In this document: piece by piece, positions 10,215 to 19,579 of the stretch
How positions within the stretch are numbered: position 1 is the stretch's first letter
How the letters are laid out: the number at the start of each line of letters is the position of its first letter
From: a virus
Taxonomy: Duplodnaviria; Heunggongvirae; Uroviricota; Caudoviricetes
IMG/VR virus record: IMGVR_UViG_2541047728_000005
Direction: 5' to 3' (one strand)
Length of the DNA: 47,804 nucleotides
The notes under the pieces: model-generated
Seen by the model: the letters and a program-made list of their open reading frames with translations, nothing else
Told to the model about the DNA's origin: nothing
Databases searched by the model: none
Translations under genes and position numbers: made by a program

Positions 10215-10555
10215 ATCGGCATTCCTCTGTTAGTATTAACAGTGAGAGTTATTTCCAATACACCAACATTATCTGATACTTCATCAACAATATAATTTTT
10301 ACCGTTGATTTTCATTGACTGATCTTTGACAGGGAGAACAGGAAAATCTTTTCTTGAAACAAATAATATTATTTGCCCCTGATTTATTCCCTCTGCAAAC
10401 TCAGCATATGAGCGTTTATTCCGCTCATGAATAAGGTCTGTATCAATAACGGCAAGGATATCCTTGCCGTCTATGTTATATGTATCGGCAAACTCTTTTT
10501 CATTGAGGAATATTGCAGAAATATCTTGCGCTATAACCTCTTTGAAGGAGTTCAT
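10211..10555 (-). CDS. Head-tail connector / head closure-like protein
   Basis: 114-aa ORF between capsid and tail genes. Confidence 0.4.
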   Translation of the reverse strand: MNSFKEVIAQDISAIFLNEKEFADTYNIDGKDILAVIDTDLIHERNKRSYAEFAEGINQGQIILFVSRKDFPVLPVKDQSMKINGKNYIVDEVSDNVGVLEITLTVNTNRGMPI

Positions 10556-10947
10556 TACTTCTTATTACCTTTTTTTTGCGTTGATTTTTTCGCATTACTG
10601 GTATCAGAAGTAGCTACAGATTCAGATGAATCATCAGCAACCATTTCCTCATTGCCGCCATCATCCTCAAACTCAACCTCGAATACACAGCTACCCGCCT
10701 CCGTTCGCGTAATCAACCCCGCGTCCACAGCATCATTAACAGCAGATGCGTATCCATGCTCAAAAGCTAACTTAGCAGCATCATAGCCCCCAGCCGATGC
10801 CAAATCACCATCCTCTTCGGTGGCAATAGCATGTCCTGACGCAATCAGTTCGGCAATTCTGGAGTTATCCATTAGCCCATTAAGCAAACGGCCCGCTTTT
10901 AGCGAGCCGTGGCTTATCGTATCAATGTTTTTAATCAGTCTGGCCAT
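10555..10947 (-). CDS. Hypothetical head protein (acidic, Ala/Asp-rich)
   Basis: 130-aa ORF immediately downstream of major capsid gene. Confidence 0.4.
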   Translation of the reverse strand: MARLIKNIDTISHGSLKAGRLLNGLMDNSRIAELIASGHAIATEEDGDLASAGGYDAAKLAFEHGYASAVNDAVDAGLITRTEAGSCVFEVEFEDDGGNEEMVADDSSESVATSDTSNAKKSTQKKGNKK

Positions 10948-11991
10948 TTAAACCACCTTAGCCACCAGATAGGCATCAGCCACACCAGGATTAGGCAGTG
11001 GAGATGACTTCATGGCAACATAACGGCCAGCCGGCTTACGAGTTACCCAAGTGTCTGGAACTCGTGGTGACTCAACAATCGTTAGAGTCTTTTCGGCGTC
11101 ATCTACAAGCTCTACAGCACCATACAGCATCGTTCCTCGACCAGGAGAGCCAAAGAGGATCTTATCTTCCGGTACTAATGGTTCAGGTTTTCCTGTTTTA
11201 TCATTGCGAATAAGTTCGTCGTAACCATAAAAATCGACACCTTCAAGATTGCCATAATGAGTTACGCCTTCTTCTAACTCTTTAGGCTCAATATACCCAA
11301 GCTCTTTTCGGCGATTATCAAGATATTTAGTTACTGCTTCATTTTTAACGAAGGCATCAACAACTTTTGCGCCCATTACGGCAACACGAGGTGTAAAACC
11401 TGAAGTTAGTGATACCCGACGTTTCCAGTTGCGAACATTGACTAACGGATCTGATTTTGCTGCACTCCATAAATCATCACCTGTCAGTTCAAGATATGGT
11501 TTATCTCCTTCCTCTTCAGGCCAAAAATAAACTGTGTCATCCACTCCTTCACCAACAATATCAACCTGCCCCGTAAACAAGACTTGTGCACACATCCATT
11601 CTTCACGGCGGTTAACCATTTCATCAAGCTCAAGCAAATCTTTACCTAATTGCTCGGCGGCTCGTTCTGCTGGCGATTTTGCGTTGTAAATATTCTCACC
11701 CGGAAGCCTGTTTAAAAGCAGCTCGGCTGTTGTTACCAAATCAGGTGCAACAAGTGGTGGCTCCAGAGTTCTCGTTACAAAGCCGCGTCGCTCAACGGTT
11801 TTTGAGCCAAAACCTTTACCAACAAACGGAGCCATAGTACGGCCACCGCGAACAAAATCCAGATCAACTTTCTTTGTATTAAAGGTCTGAACACCAGGAA
11901 AAAAGGTACGAAGAAGAAAACGACGAGCCTTGAAATTCTGAATAACAGGCTCAAGCATCGTACGTCGTTCAAAAATATCAATATTCGGCAT
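10948..11991 (-). CDS. Major capsid protein, lambda gpE family
   Basis: 347 aa; N-terminal ...RRFLLRTFFPGVQTFNTKKVDLDF and C-terminal ...PDTWVTRKPAGRY...NPGVADAYLVAKVV resemble lambda gpE. Confidence 0.85.
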   Translation of the reverse strand: MPNIDIFERRTMLEPVIQNFKARRFLLRTFFPGVQTFNTKKVDLDFVRGGRTMAPFVGKGFGSKTVERRGFVTRTLEPPLVAPDLVTTAELLLNRLPGENIYNAKSPAERAAEQLGKDLLELDEMVNRREEWMCAQVLFTGQVDIVGEGVDDTVYFWPEEEGDKPYLELTGDDLWSAAKSDPLVNVRNWKRRVSLTSGFTPRVAVMGAKVVDAFVKNEAVTKYLDNRRKELGYIEPKELEEGVTHYGNLEGVDFYGYDELIRNDKTGKPEPLVPEDKILFGSPGRGTMLYGAVELVDDAEKTLTIVESPRVPDTWVTRKPAGRYVAMKSSPLPNPGVADAYLVAKVV

Positions 11992-12011
11992 AAAAATACG
12001 ACCTCTTTATA

Positions 12012-12395
12012 TTATGCAGATGGATTTTGTTGTGCGGTATTAAGGAATATTCCAACCTTCCGGCAAGCCAGATATACATCGGCAACTTTTGCTGATTCAG
12101 GAAGGATAACCGCATGTGCATTGAACATTCCGGTCAGCCATGCTGTTCCGACTTGCGCTGAATCAGTCGCATCAATATTGTGTTGAGCGATACAATACGG
12201 TTCTTTTGCCTCCCCTTCACCAGAGAGATTTATTGGCGCCACAGTGACAACATTTGTTGTCTGATCAATACTGACAAAAGCAAGTAACTCACCCCGTTTT
12301 ACTTTACCGCTGGCAAGTTTAATACTTGCTGGAATTGCTGGCATACCACCAGAAATAATCAGATTATCTGGTTCAAATGAAAAAGACTCTCGCAT
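12012..12395 (-). CDS. Head decoration protein (gpD-like position)
   Basis: 127-aa ORF directly upstream of major capsid gene. Confidence 0.5.
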   Translation of the reverse strand: MRESFSFEPDNLIISGGMPAIPASIKLASGKVKRGELLAFVSIDQTTNVVTVAPINLSGEGEAKEPYCIAQHNIDATDSAQVGTAWLTGMFNAHAVILPESAKVADVYLACRKVGIFLNTAQQNPSA

Positions 12396-12404
12396 AAACT
12401 CACC

Positions 12405-13493
12405 TTAATTTTTATCGCGGTTTTTAAATACTGACCCAATAACATTTTTTACTGCTTCAGCCTGTTTGTTGCCGTTGTTTTCTGGTTGATTAACATCAAC
12501 TGAATCATTCACCTCACTTGCGTCTTCTTGCCGTTGATTAAGAAAGTTTTTGTTACGCGCTCGCTCTGCATTCATAATTTCCAAAGCAAGTTCAGCCGCA
12601 GAAACTCCTGTTTTGAATTTTGCATTCTTAACCAGGTCGTCATGACCAGGAATCACGCTATTCTCGATTGTTTCAATGCGCTCGCGTTCTGATTTAACGC
12701 CCTCGTCTTTACCAGCATTAAAAACCTGATTGTATAATTCTGGATATTTATTTTTTAATTCATCAAGAGTCACAATATCGTCCTCATTTTGTTCATTTGA
12801 TTCAGTAGATAACTCATTTTTATTTTGCGGCAACTTTGCGAGTGAATCAGGTAATTTTGAAAACCTTGATGCTTCAAAAGTTATTCCATTAAGCGAAAGC
12901 ATCCCTTCCTTTATAGAAGCGGATAAGCGTATTGGTTTTTCAACTTCGTCAGCAAATCCAAGCTCTACAGCCTCTTCTGCATTTAGCCATGTTTCCTGAT
13001 CCATTAGTTCAATTAATTTATCCTCAGAAAGCCCTGTTTTCTCCTTATATGCAGATAAAATACTATTGCGTATCTTATCCATCATCTCAGCAATATCACG
13101 CAATTCATCCGCATCGCCAGCAGCAAATATCCACGGATTATGGATCATCATCATAGCATTAGATGGGATAATAATTTTATCACCCGCCATTGCAATAATA
13201 GTTGCAGCCGATGCAGCAATCCCGTCGATATAAACCGTAATATTCGCCTTATGACGCTTTAATGATGAAAGAATAGCTTGAGCAGTAAAAACAGAACCAC
13301 CATAACTATTAATTTTTACGTTGATAGTATTTGATGAAATATCCTTTAATTTATTAACTATGTCAGAAGAAGAAACCTCATCAAATTCACCAATATACCC
13401 GTAAATTAAAAGTTCAGCCGGAGAGTCATCTTCACCCGTGCTATTTTTTATTTCCCACCAATTAGGCATCATCAGTCTCCATATTTTGTTCAT
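12405..13493 (-). CDS. Prohead protease (ClpP-like serine protease domain) with C-terminal scaffold-like acidic region
   Basis: Motif INSYGGSVFTAQAILSSLK...YIDGIAASAATIIAMAGDKII typical of ClpP/S49 family; between portal and decoration genes. Confidence 0.8.
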   Translation of the reverse strand: MNKIWRLMMPNWWEIKNSTGEDDSPAELLIYGYIGEFDEVSSSDIVNKLKDISSNTINVKINSYGGSVFTAQAILSSLKRHKANITVYIDGIAASAATIIAMAGDKIIIPSNAMMMIHNPWIFAAGDADELRDIAEMMDKIRNSILSAYKEKTGLSEDKLIELMDQETWLNAEEAVELGFADEVEKPIRLSASIKEGMLSLNGITFEASRFSKLPDSLAKLPQNKNELSTESNEQNEDDIVTLDELKNKYPELYNQVFNAGKDEGVKSERERIETIENSVIPGHDDLVKNAKFKTGVSAAELALEIMNAERARNKNFLNQRQEDASEVNDSVDVNQPENNGNKQAEAVKNVIGSVFKNRDKN

Positions 13494-15036
13494 TTACCTC
13501 AGAAACAGGAGGTGTAATAAGCCCCAACTCACGGCGAGCATTCTCTTCTCTGCCACAGATTTGTGCGGTTTCTTCCCAGTTAAGACCTGACATTTCAGCC
13601 GCTTCTTTTTCACGGGTAGAGAATGTTTCCTCAACACGCAGTTTTGCAGCTTTGACTTCTTTAAGGGGATCTAATTGGCCTTGTGATGGGCCATACCATT
13701 GAGCGCCACTCCATGCAGCGCGATATTCAGGCCCATAAAAAAAACCAGGGGCAATAACACGACCTTTAGCAACGGCTTCGGCCAACCATTCCTCATAGAT
13801 CGGTTGGCAAAATGACTGAACCATCCAGTCACGTCGCATACGGAACATTTTCCAGGCTTCAAGTAATGCGGCCCTGCTTGCGCTATAACTTGCTGTAAAA
13901 TGCTTTACCAAGAGTTCGTAAGGGAGTTCTAAAGCAGCCCCAATTTGACGGCATATGGCGACAACAAAACCATCAAATGCCGTATTTGGTCGCCCGGGAT
14001 TTGCTGTATCTATCGACTCACCTTCACCCAAACTTACTATGGAGCCATTCCCCATTTCTTGGGTGTTATTATCATGGTTATCGATCTGCTCGTACTGAGG
14101 GATACCCGATTCACCGACTGGCCCATCAGGAGCGTCTGTTTTAATAAAGACAGTAAACATCCCTGACACAACCGCAGCAACCAATTCAGCATCGGTGTAT
14201 CGTCCTAACTGCTTCAATGCTTCAATTACAGGAGCAAGGACAGGAACGCCACGGCGTTGCCCAGGCCTTTCAAAATCCTGCATGACATGCAGAATATTTC
14301 TTCTTCCTGTTTTACTCCCATATGCGGGAATACGTTCCCACTTGCGGGTTACAAAACCAGAAGTCCCGGCTGGGTGATGTTTTGCAACCCAGTACGCCAC
14401 AGGCTCGCTAAATTCACCAACCTCTACGCCACCGTAAAGATTTGGTATAAAACGATCCTCTGGATTGCAAACACGATCACCTTCAATTAAATAGACGCAC
14501 AAATCATATATAACACCCTTACGCTTAATAACTGGTAGCGCAGCAAATATATCGCCAGATGTTAACGCAGATATTTGGACCAATGATTGCAATTGTCCAA
14601 AAGTACACATTCTTGATGCATCACAATTTGGAGAATCAGCCCATAATCTAAACTCACGCTCAACATGCTTTTCCCATGCTCGCGCTTCTTCCTGCGTCAT
14701 CCCCAAGAAATCGGCATCAATGTTCGCATTTAGTTTTAAACCGGAACCAACAACGTTTGTCCTGATAGTTTTTATTGCGCCAACAGATAGCGGGTTTCCC
14801 ATGAAGAGATCACGAGAACGCTCACGCAATTTATCTATATTTTTAACAATATCATCATCAGGAGAACCAGCTTTACTAAACCAACCCCTTAATGATTTTT
14901 TATGAGTGCTTGCACCATGACGTGAATATCCAAGGTTATTAATACCTTCAAGTGCTTCTAACCGTTTTCTTGCCAAAGCTCGATTTAATGCCCTCTGAGG
15001 TGAAAACGGCGCAATAACTCGATCAAGAATATTCAT
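13462..15036 (-). CDS. Portal protein (lambda gpB family)
   Basis: 524-aa ORF between gpW-like and protease genes, lambda-like order A-W-B-C. Confidence 0.8.
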   Translation of the reverse strand: MNILDRVIAPFSPQRALNRALARKRLEALEGINNLGYSRHGASTHKKSLRGWFSKAGSPDDDIVKNIDKLRERSRDLFMGNPLSVGAIKTIRTNVVGSGLKLNANIDADFLGMTQEEARAWEKHVEREFRLWADSPNCDASRMCTFGQLQSLVQISALTSGDIFAALPVIKRKGVIYDLCVYLIEGDRVCNPEDRFIPNLYGGVEVGEFSEPVAYWVAKHHPAGTSGFVTRKWERIPAYGSKTGRRNILHVMQDFERPGQRRGVPVLAPVIEALKQLGRYTDAELVAAVVSGMFTVFIKTDAPDGPVGESGIPQYEQIDNHDNNTQEMGNGSIVSLGEGESIDTANPGRPNTAFDGFVVAICRQIGAALELPYELLVKHFTASYSASRAALLEAWKMFRMRRDWMVQSFCQPIYEEWLAEAVAKGRVIAPGFFYGPEYRAAWSGAQWYGPSQGQLDPLKEVKAAKLRVEETFSTREKEAAEMSGLNWEETAQICGREENARRELGLITPPVSEVNEQNMETDDA

Positions 15037-15272
15037 AAATCTCTTATCACCACTCGTTTAATTCGTGGGCCTCGGCGTACACCTGCTGATAATCTTTCTA
15101 CTTCATTACGCCAGTAATCCATCTCTTTTCTGACTTCTGATAAATCCGCACGAGTTAACTGCCGCGTACCAAATTTATATGACTGACCGCCAATAGCAAT
15201 AGCGCGATATGCTTCCCGCCAGACAGATAACATCTCTCTGGCTTCAGTCAGAGAAAATGCTTCATTGTTCAT
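15033..15272 (-). CDS. Head-tail joining protein gpW-like
   Basis: 79-aa ORF between terminase large subunit and portal. Confidence 0.5.
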   Translation of the reverse strand: MNNEAFSLTEAREMLSVWREAYRAIAIGGQSYKFGTRQLTRADLSEVRKEMDYWRNEVERLSAGVRRGPRIKRVVIRDL

Positions 15273-15283
15273 TTATATTTCCT

Positions 15284-17140
15284 CTATATGGTTACGCCTT
15301 TACTTATAACTCTACGGCGTCTTCTACGTATACCTGACGAGTTCTGCACATACACATTACCTCGCATTTCCTGTTCGGCAAGCCAGTTAAAATTAGGGTT
15401 CAGAATTTCCATCGCGGCAGTTGCATAGTTACGGCAATCAAGAGGCTCGTTACGCTCGTAGACTTTCACCCACTTTTCTTTTGTCTGCCCATTTTTATAT
15501 TCAAATATTTTTTTCTCTGATAATAATCCTTTAAAGTATTCGGTATCATATCCTCTGTCAGAATCTAATGGGAAATGCATATAACCAGGACCAGGATCAT
15601 GTAGTTTAATTCTTGCCATGATGGTCCCTTTACCATCATCAACCCCCAAATTAAACAACATAGCACCCACACGGTTATTATTACTTGGCTTTCCTATAAA
15701 TGGTAAACCTACCCCACCACGCCCCCTGATAGAGTATATTCGCCTTGATTCTCTCGGCTTAGTAAAGCGATATACCTCTGTCGTAAAATGCCCACCAGAG
15801 TCAATACAAACGGAAGAAATCTGTAATTTTCGACCGTCACGGAATGACCAGCTACGGAGTAAGTATTCATCAAGTTGTTTCCAGACAACATCTTGTGCGG
15901 GATCACCTGGGAATATTTTATATTCTATCCCCCATGACTCCTTACCTTTTCCCCAACCGACCAATTCACAAACTAAATACGTGTCCTGTACGTCAACACC
16001 AGCACTTAACAATAAAACATCATCTGGTAAAAACTCTTCAAACCTTATTCTGCGTTGCAACAAGTATTCAGGATCGATATCGTCTTTAGCATCCTCTTTC
16101 CATGGCTCACCCAGCTTAAGGTTAATAAACTCCATTAATCCATTTTTATCGCGGTTTCTGGTTGCTTCCGTAAATTCTTCAACCAGCTCTGACAATGCAA
16201 CCCACGGGGAGTAAAGACTGTTAATATGAAAACCAACAATACCTTTAACTCCAGTATGTTCAGCTATCCATACCCCCTTCGCCAACCAATCAACGTCTGG
16301 TTTACCAGATCCGCGCATAATCCCGCCGCACTCACAGCACTCATATCTGGCCGTTTCCGGTAACGCCTCACCTGAATCGCTCTTATCCCATCTGACTTGC
16401 GACCATTTCATCACCTGCATGGTGCCACAACATGGGCAAGGAACATGGTAGTAACGCTGATCGGAGAGCTTAAACCACTTGTGGATTTTGCTTGTTTCCT
16501 CCAAAACAGGAGTAGAAACAAAAACTTTCTTACGATTATGAAAGTTGGTAGTACGCTGAATACCTAGTTTTAGTGGGTCGCCCTCCTGCGTCACACCGTA
16601 ACGATCAATCTCATCAGCTAACAGTATTCGAATTGGCCTGGATGCAAGACCTGCTGGGGAATTAGCACCAACAAGTGCTATATATCCACCAGCGTAATGC
16701 TTCATACGTATAGTCGTGCTGGACTTTTTGGCTGCACCGCGCCCCTCTTTCCCTTCATGCAGCTTGTGTTTCAAACCAGGGGAATATTTGAACGTCGGAT
16801 CAATACGCTCTTTTGAAAAAGCCTCAGCCGCCTCTACCGTTGGATAAATCATCAACTGAGGAGATGGCTCCTGATCTGCAAAGTAACCCATAACATTTAG
16901 CTGTAATTCGGATTTACCAATTTGCGAGCTACATTGCATCACTACTGTTTCTGTATCAGCGTCACCAATAACATCCATTGGTTCACGCAAATATGGCACT
17001 CGGCTTGTACGCCACGGCCCTGGCTCTGGAGACGTTCCCGGCGCTACATGACGATACTTATCAGCCCATTCGGAAACAGTTAGCCGTGATTTAGGGCGAA
17101 GCGCACGGAAAAAAGCGGTGCTCCATACTGTTTCGCCCAT
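15284..17140 (-). CDS. Terminase large subunit (lambda gpA-like)
   Basis: 618-aa ORF; position upstream of gpW/portal; size typical of GpA-type terminase. Confidence 0.8.
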   Translation of the reverse strand: MGETVWSTAFFRALRPKSRLTVSEWADKYRHVAPGTSPEPGPWRTSRVPYLREPMDVIGDADTETVVMQCSSQIGKSELQLNVMGYFADQEPSPQLMIYPTVEAAEAFSKERIDPTFKYSPGLKHKLHEGKEGRGAAKKSSTTIRMKHYAGGYIALVGANSPAGLASRPIRILLADEIDRYGVTQEGDPLKLGIQRTTNFHNRKKVFVSTPVLEETSKIHKWFKLSDQRYYHVPCPCCGTMQVMKWSQVRWDKSDSGEALPETARYECCECGGIMRGSGKPDVDWLAKGVWIAEHTGVKGIVGFHINSLYSPWVALSELVEEFTEATRNRDKNGLMEFINLKLGEPWKEDAKDDIDPEYLLQRRIRFEEFLPDDVLLLSAGVDVQDTYLVCELVGWGKGKESWGIEYKIFPGDPAQDVVWKQLDEYLLRSWSFRDGRKLQISSVCIDSGGHFTTEVYRFTKPRESRRIYSIRGRGGVGLPFIGKPSNNNRVGAMLFNLGVDDGKGTIMARIKLHDPGPGYMHFPLDSDRGYDTEYFKGLLSEKKIFEYKNGQTKEKWVKVYERNEPLDCRNYATAAMEILNPNFNWLAEQEMRGNVYVQNSSGIRRRRRRVISKGVTI

Positions 17141-17145
17141 GAGGT

Positions 17146-17706
17146 TTATTCTTCCTGCTTAATAAATCGGGATTCCTGGAGCGCCTGAAGCGCAAAATTA
17201 ATCTCGTCTTCAATAATGCGCTCGATCTCCCTGGCTGTTTTGCCTTCACAACGGGGAGCTGCTCTTGGAGCAATACTAAATAAGCGGCTACGCAATTCAT
17301 TAGCTGCCAGAAATGCATCATCCCTGACCGCATCTTTAGCGATGAGAGAGCCTTCCTTTTCTTCAAATTCAAGGCGTTTCAGCTTTGCCTGATAAATTTT
17401 TTCTGCGGTCTTAGCCTTGTTGAATTGCACCGCAACACCGGAAGTACCACCAGCTAATCCGGCATCATCAGCGGGTAACTCTGGTTGTTCCGAAGATATC
17501 CCATGCCCTCTTTTTCCATTTTCAGCAGATACCTCACGACCAACCTGTCGGCTCGCTTCATAAGCCGCACTGGCTTTATCAAAATCCAGCTTGCCGCTTT
17601 TCAGCACTGGAATGCGACCGGAACGACAGAGCTTCGTAACCATTGCCGGAGAAATACCTTTCCGGCGGGCAAACTCTGACTTACTGACGATGGCCATTAC
17701 TTGCAA
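17146..17706 (-). CDS. Terminase small subunit (HTH DNA-binding)
   Basis: 186-aa ORF immediately upstream of TerL; N-terminal HTH-like ...ARRKGISPAMVTKLCRSGRIP... Confidence 0.6.
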   Translation of the reverse strand: MQVMAIVSKSEFARRKGISPAMVTKLCRSGRIPVLKSGKLDFDKASAAYEASRQVGREVSAENGKRGHGISSEQPELPADDAGLAGGTSGVAVQFNKAKTAEKIYQAKLKRLEFEEKEGSLIAKDAVRDDAFLAANELRSRLFSIAPRAAPRCEGKTAREIERIIEDEINFALQALQESRFIKQEE

Positions 17707-18287
17707 CCATTAGCAAGATACTGAACAAATCCCTCATGCGTTTCATGCGCGTCGTGGTACTGACGATAAACATCCAGCAACAATGCAATTTCCATATCCG
17801 TCGCGGGAATACGTTCTTTATCAATAGCCAGGTACTTAATTTGAACAACAGGGGAAGAATTATCGTCTTCTTCCTGCGGCTGTTCATCGCTTAACATTTC
17901 GTCAAGCTCTGCATCATTAAACCCAAGCAGATCAATATCAAAATCATCATCCATTAACTCTTTGACTTCTTCGGCCAGAAGCTGCATATCCCAGCCAGCA
18001 TTTAAGGCCAGCTTGTTATCTGCAATCCTGTAAGCCTTCTTCTGTTTTTCAGAAAGGTTACTCAACCGAATCGCCGGAACTTTATCCATTTCCAGAATTT
18101 CGGCTGCTGCAAGCCGCCCATGCCCCGCAATCAGTTCATTCTTTTCATCGATCAGCACAGGATTAGTGAAACCGAACTCACGGATACTGTTCACCAACTG
18201 TTCAACTTGCTCATCTGAATGAGTCCGTGAATTTTTGGCATATCTGAGCAACTTACCGACTGGTAAATATTCGATTTTTAGAGCCAT
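17697..18287 (-). CDS. ParB-like nuclease (ParB N-terminal domain) protein
   Basis: 196 aa; motif LIDEKNELIAGHGRLAAA typical of ParB/Srx fold; paralog of 20953..21576. Confidence 0.75.
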   Translation of the reverse strand: MALKIEYLPVGKLLRYAKNSRTHSDEQVEQLVNSIREFGFTNPVLIDEKNELIAGHGRLAAAEILEMDKVPAIRLSNLSEKQKKAYRIADNKLALNAGWDMQLLAEEVKELMDDDFDIDLLGFNDAELDEMLSDEQPQEEDDNSSPVVQIKYLAIDKERIPATDMEIALLLDVYRQYHDAHETHEGFVQYLANGCK

Positions 18288-18843
18288 TTTTTAACCGCCA
18301 TAACACAACAGGTTAAAGAAAACTGTTTAACTTATTGATACTAAAAGAGAAAAATGACGATCTTTTTACTCATGAAAAATCACACAAACCAGCATAATTA
18401 TCTGATTTTATTAAGTTTTTATAAGTAAAAAGGATCTTGCGATGGTGTTTTGGTTAAAAGATTGGATGTATTTGCATGATTTATAACGATTTTTATCAGA
18501 ACAACATCACATTGGTTAAAGATCTGCGCGTATCTTGATGATCTAAAAGAAAATTTTCCACTTTCTTTTTACCAGCACAAATACAGAAAAAATCACGTTT
18601 TCCCGATATTTTTCAATGAGATGAGTAAATTTCTTTTACCGCAACTTTTAACCTAACTTTTTTCACGTTTAGCTAGCCGAATATCGGGGTTCGAATGACC
18701 CGCATCCAACGCTTTTGTCCAGAAGGACCCAATTCTGCCGGACGATGAAACGATGCTCGTGCTCCCCCACAGACAGCCAGCGAGCGACGCTACAGAACAC
18801 AGTGAATACACTCTGCATAACAACACCATCAACCACACGATGA

Positions 18844-19563
18844 TTAACGAGAGAAGGTCTTGGAAAGAATGTCATCAATAGCCTTTGTGACTTCATCAGC
18901 AAACGCATCCTCACCAGCACGCAGCGCCACGCCATGCCAATCAAGACGCTGCGAATAGTTAGGTTGCTGGATAAACGTAAGGATCAACGTAGGACGCCGC
19001 CCAACGCGCTGCCAGACGCCTGGTTGAAGCGGGTTACTTGTACCAGGTCGAACAACAAAAAACTCCGTAGGCTTGCCCTGACGGCGATTTTGATGCGCAT
19101 CTCGCTGAACTCTTAGGCCAGATAAGACCTGCTGTAATTGCCCCCGCGAAATATTCCCGTATTTGTCCAGCTTTGCGCCGGGACCAGGAGCAATCTGCCA
19201 GCCGTTAGGCAAATATCCACCAGCCCTTAGCGCCCCTTCTGAGCGTTTGTACTGTCGTTGGCCACCTTCGATTTGCGGAGTCAACGTTACAGGGGCTGGC
19301 GTTCCTCCCCATTCACGAGCATACACAATGGCTGTAGGATCACTCTTCTTTGCGGCCAAAACGTAAGTAGAGTTCTGAATCCACGGCGTGGGCCTGTCAA
19401 ATACCCGATTAATTTCATTCTTAATCGCAGCCTGAGAAGCCTTTGCCGTTCTGGTTGCCGCAAGCGCCATTGCGAACGGCAATTCGCGTTCTTCAAGGCG
19501 CTGGAGTTGTCGTTGAATATCCTGAGAAGAAAAATCCATCTTTATCTCAATTCTGTCAGCCAC
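18844..19563 (-). CDS. Hypothetical protein (Gln/Arg-rich, unrecognised)
   Basis: 239-aa ORF between two ParB-like genes. Confidence 0.45.
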   Translation of the reverse strand: MADRIEIKMDFSSQDIQRQLQRLEERELPFAMALAATRTAKASQAAIKNEINRVFDRPTPWIQNSTYVLAAKKSDPTAIVYAREWGGTPAPVTLTPQIEGGQRQYKRSEGALRAGGYLPNGWQIAPGPGAKLDKYGNISRGQLQQVLSGLRVQRDAHQNRRQGKPTEFFVVRPGTSNPLQPGVWQRVGRRPTLILTFIQQPNYSQRLDWHGVALRAGEDAFADEVTKAIDDILSKTFSR

Positions 19564-19579
19564 CAGCGCCTCCTACACA

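Noticed and set aside
18670-18700. tRNA-like GGTTCGAAT motif (possible tRNA fragment or att site)
   Set aside because: The flanking bases do not form a T-stem or acceptor stem on either strand; likely a chance match to the T-loop consensus.
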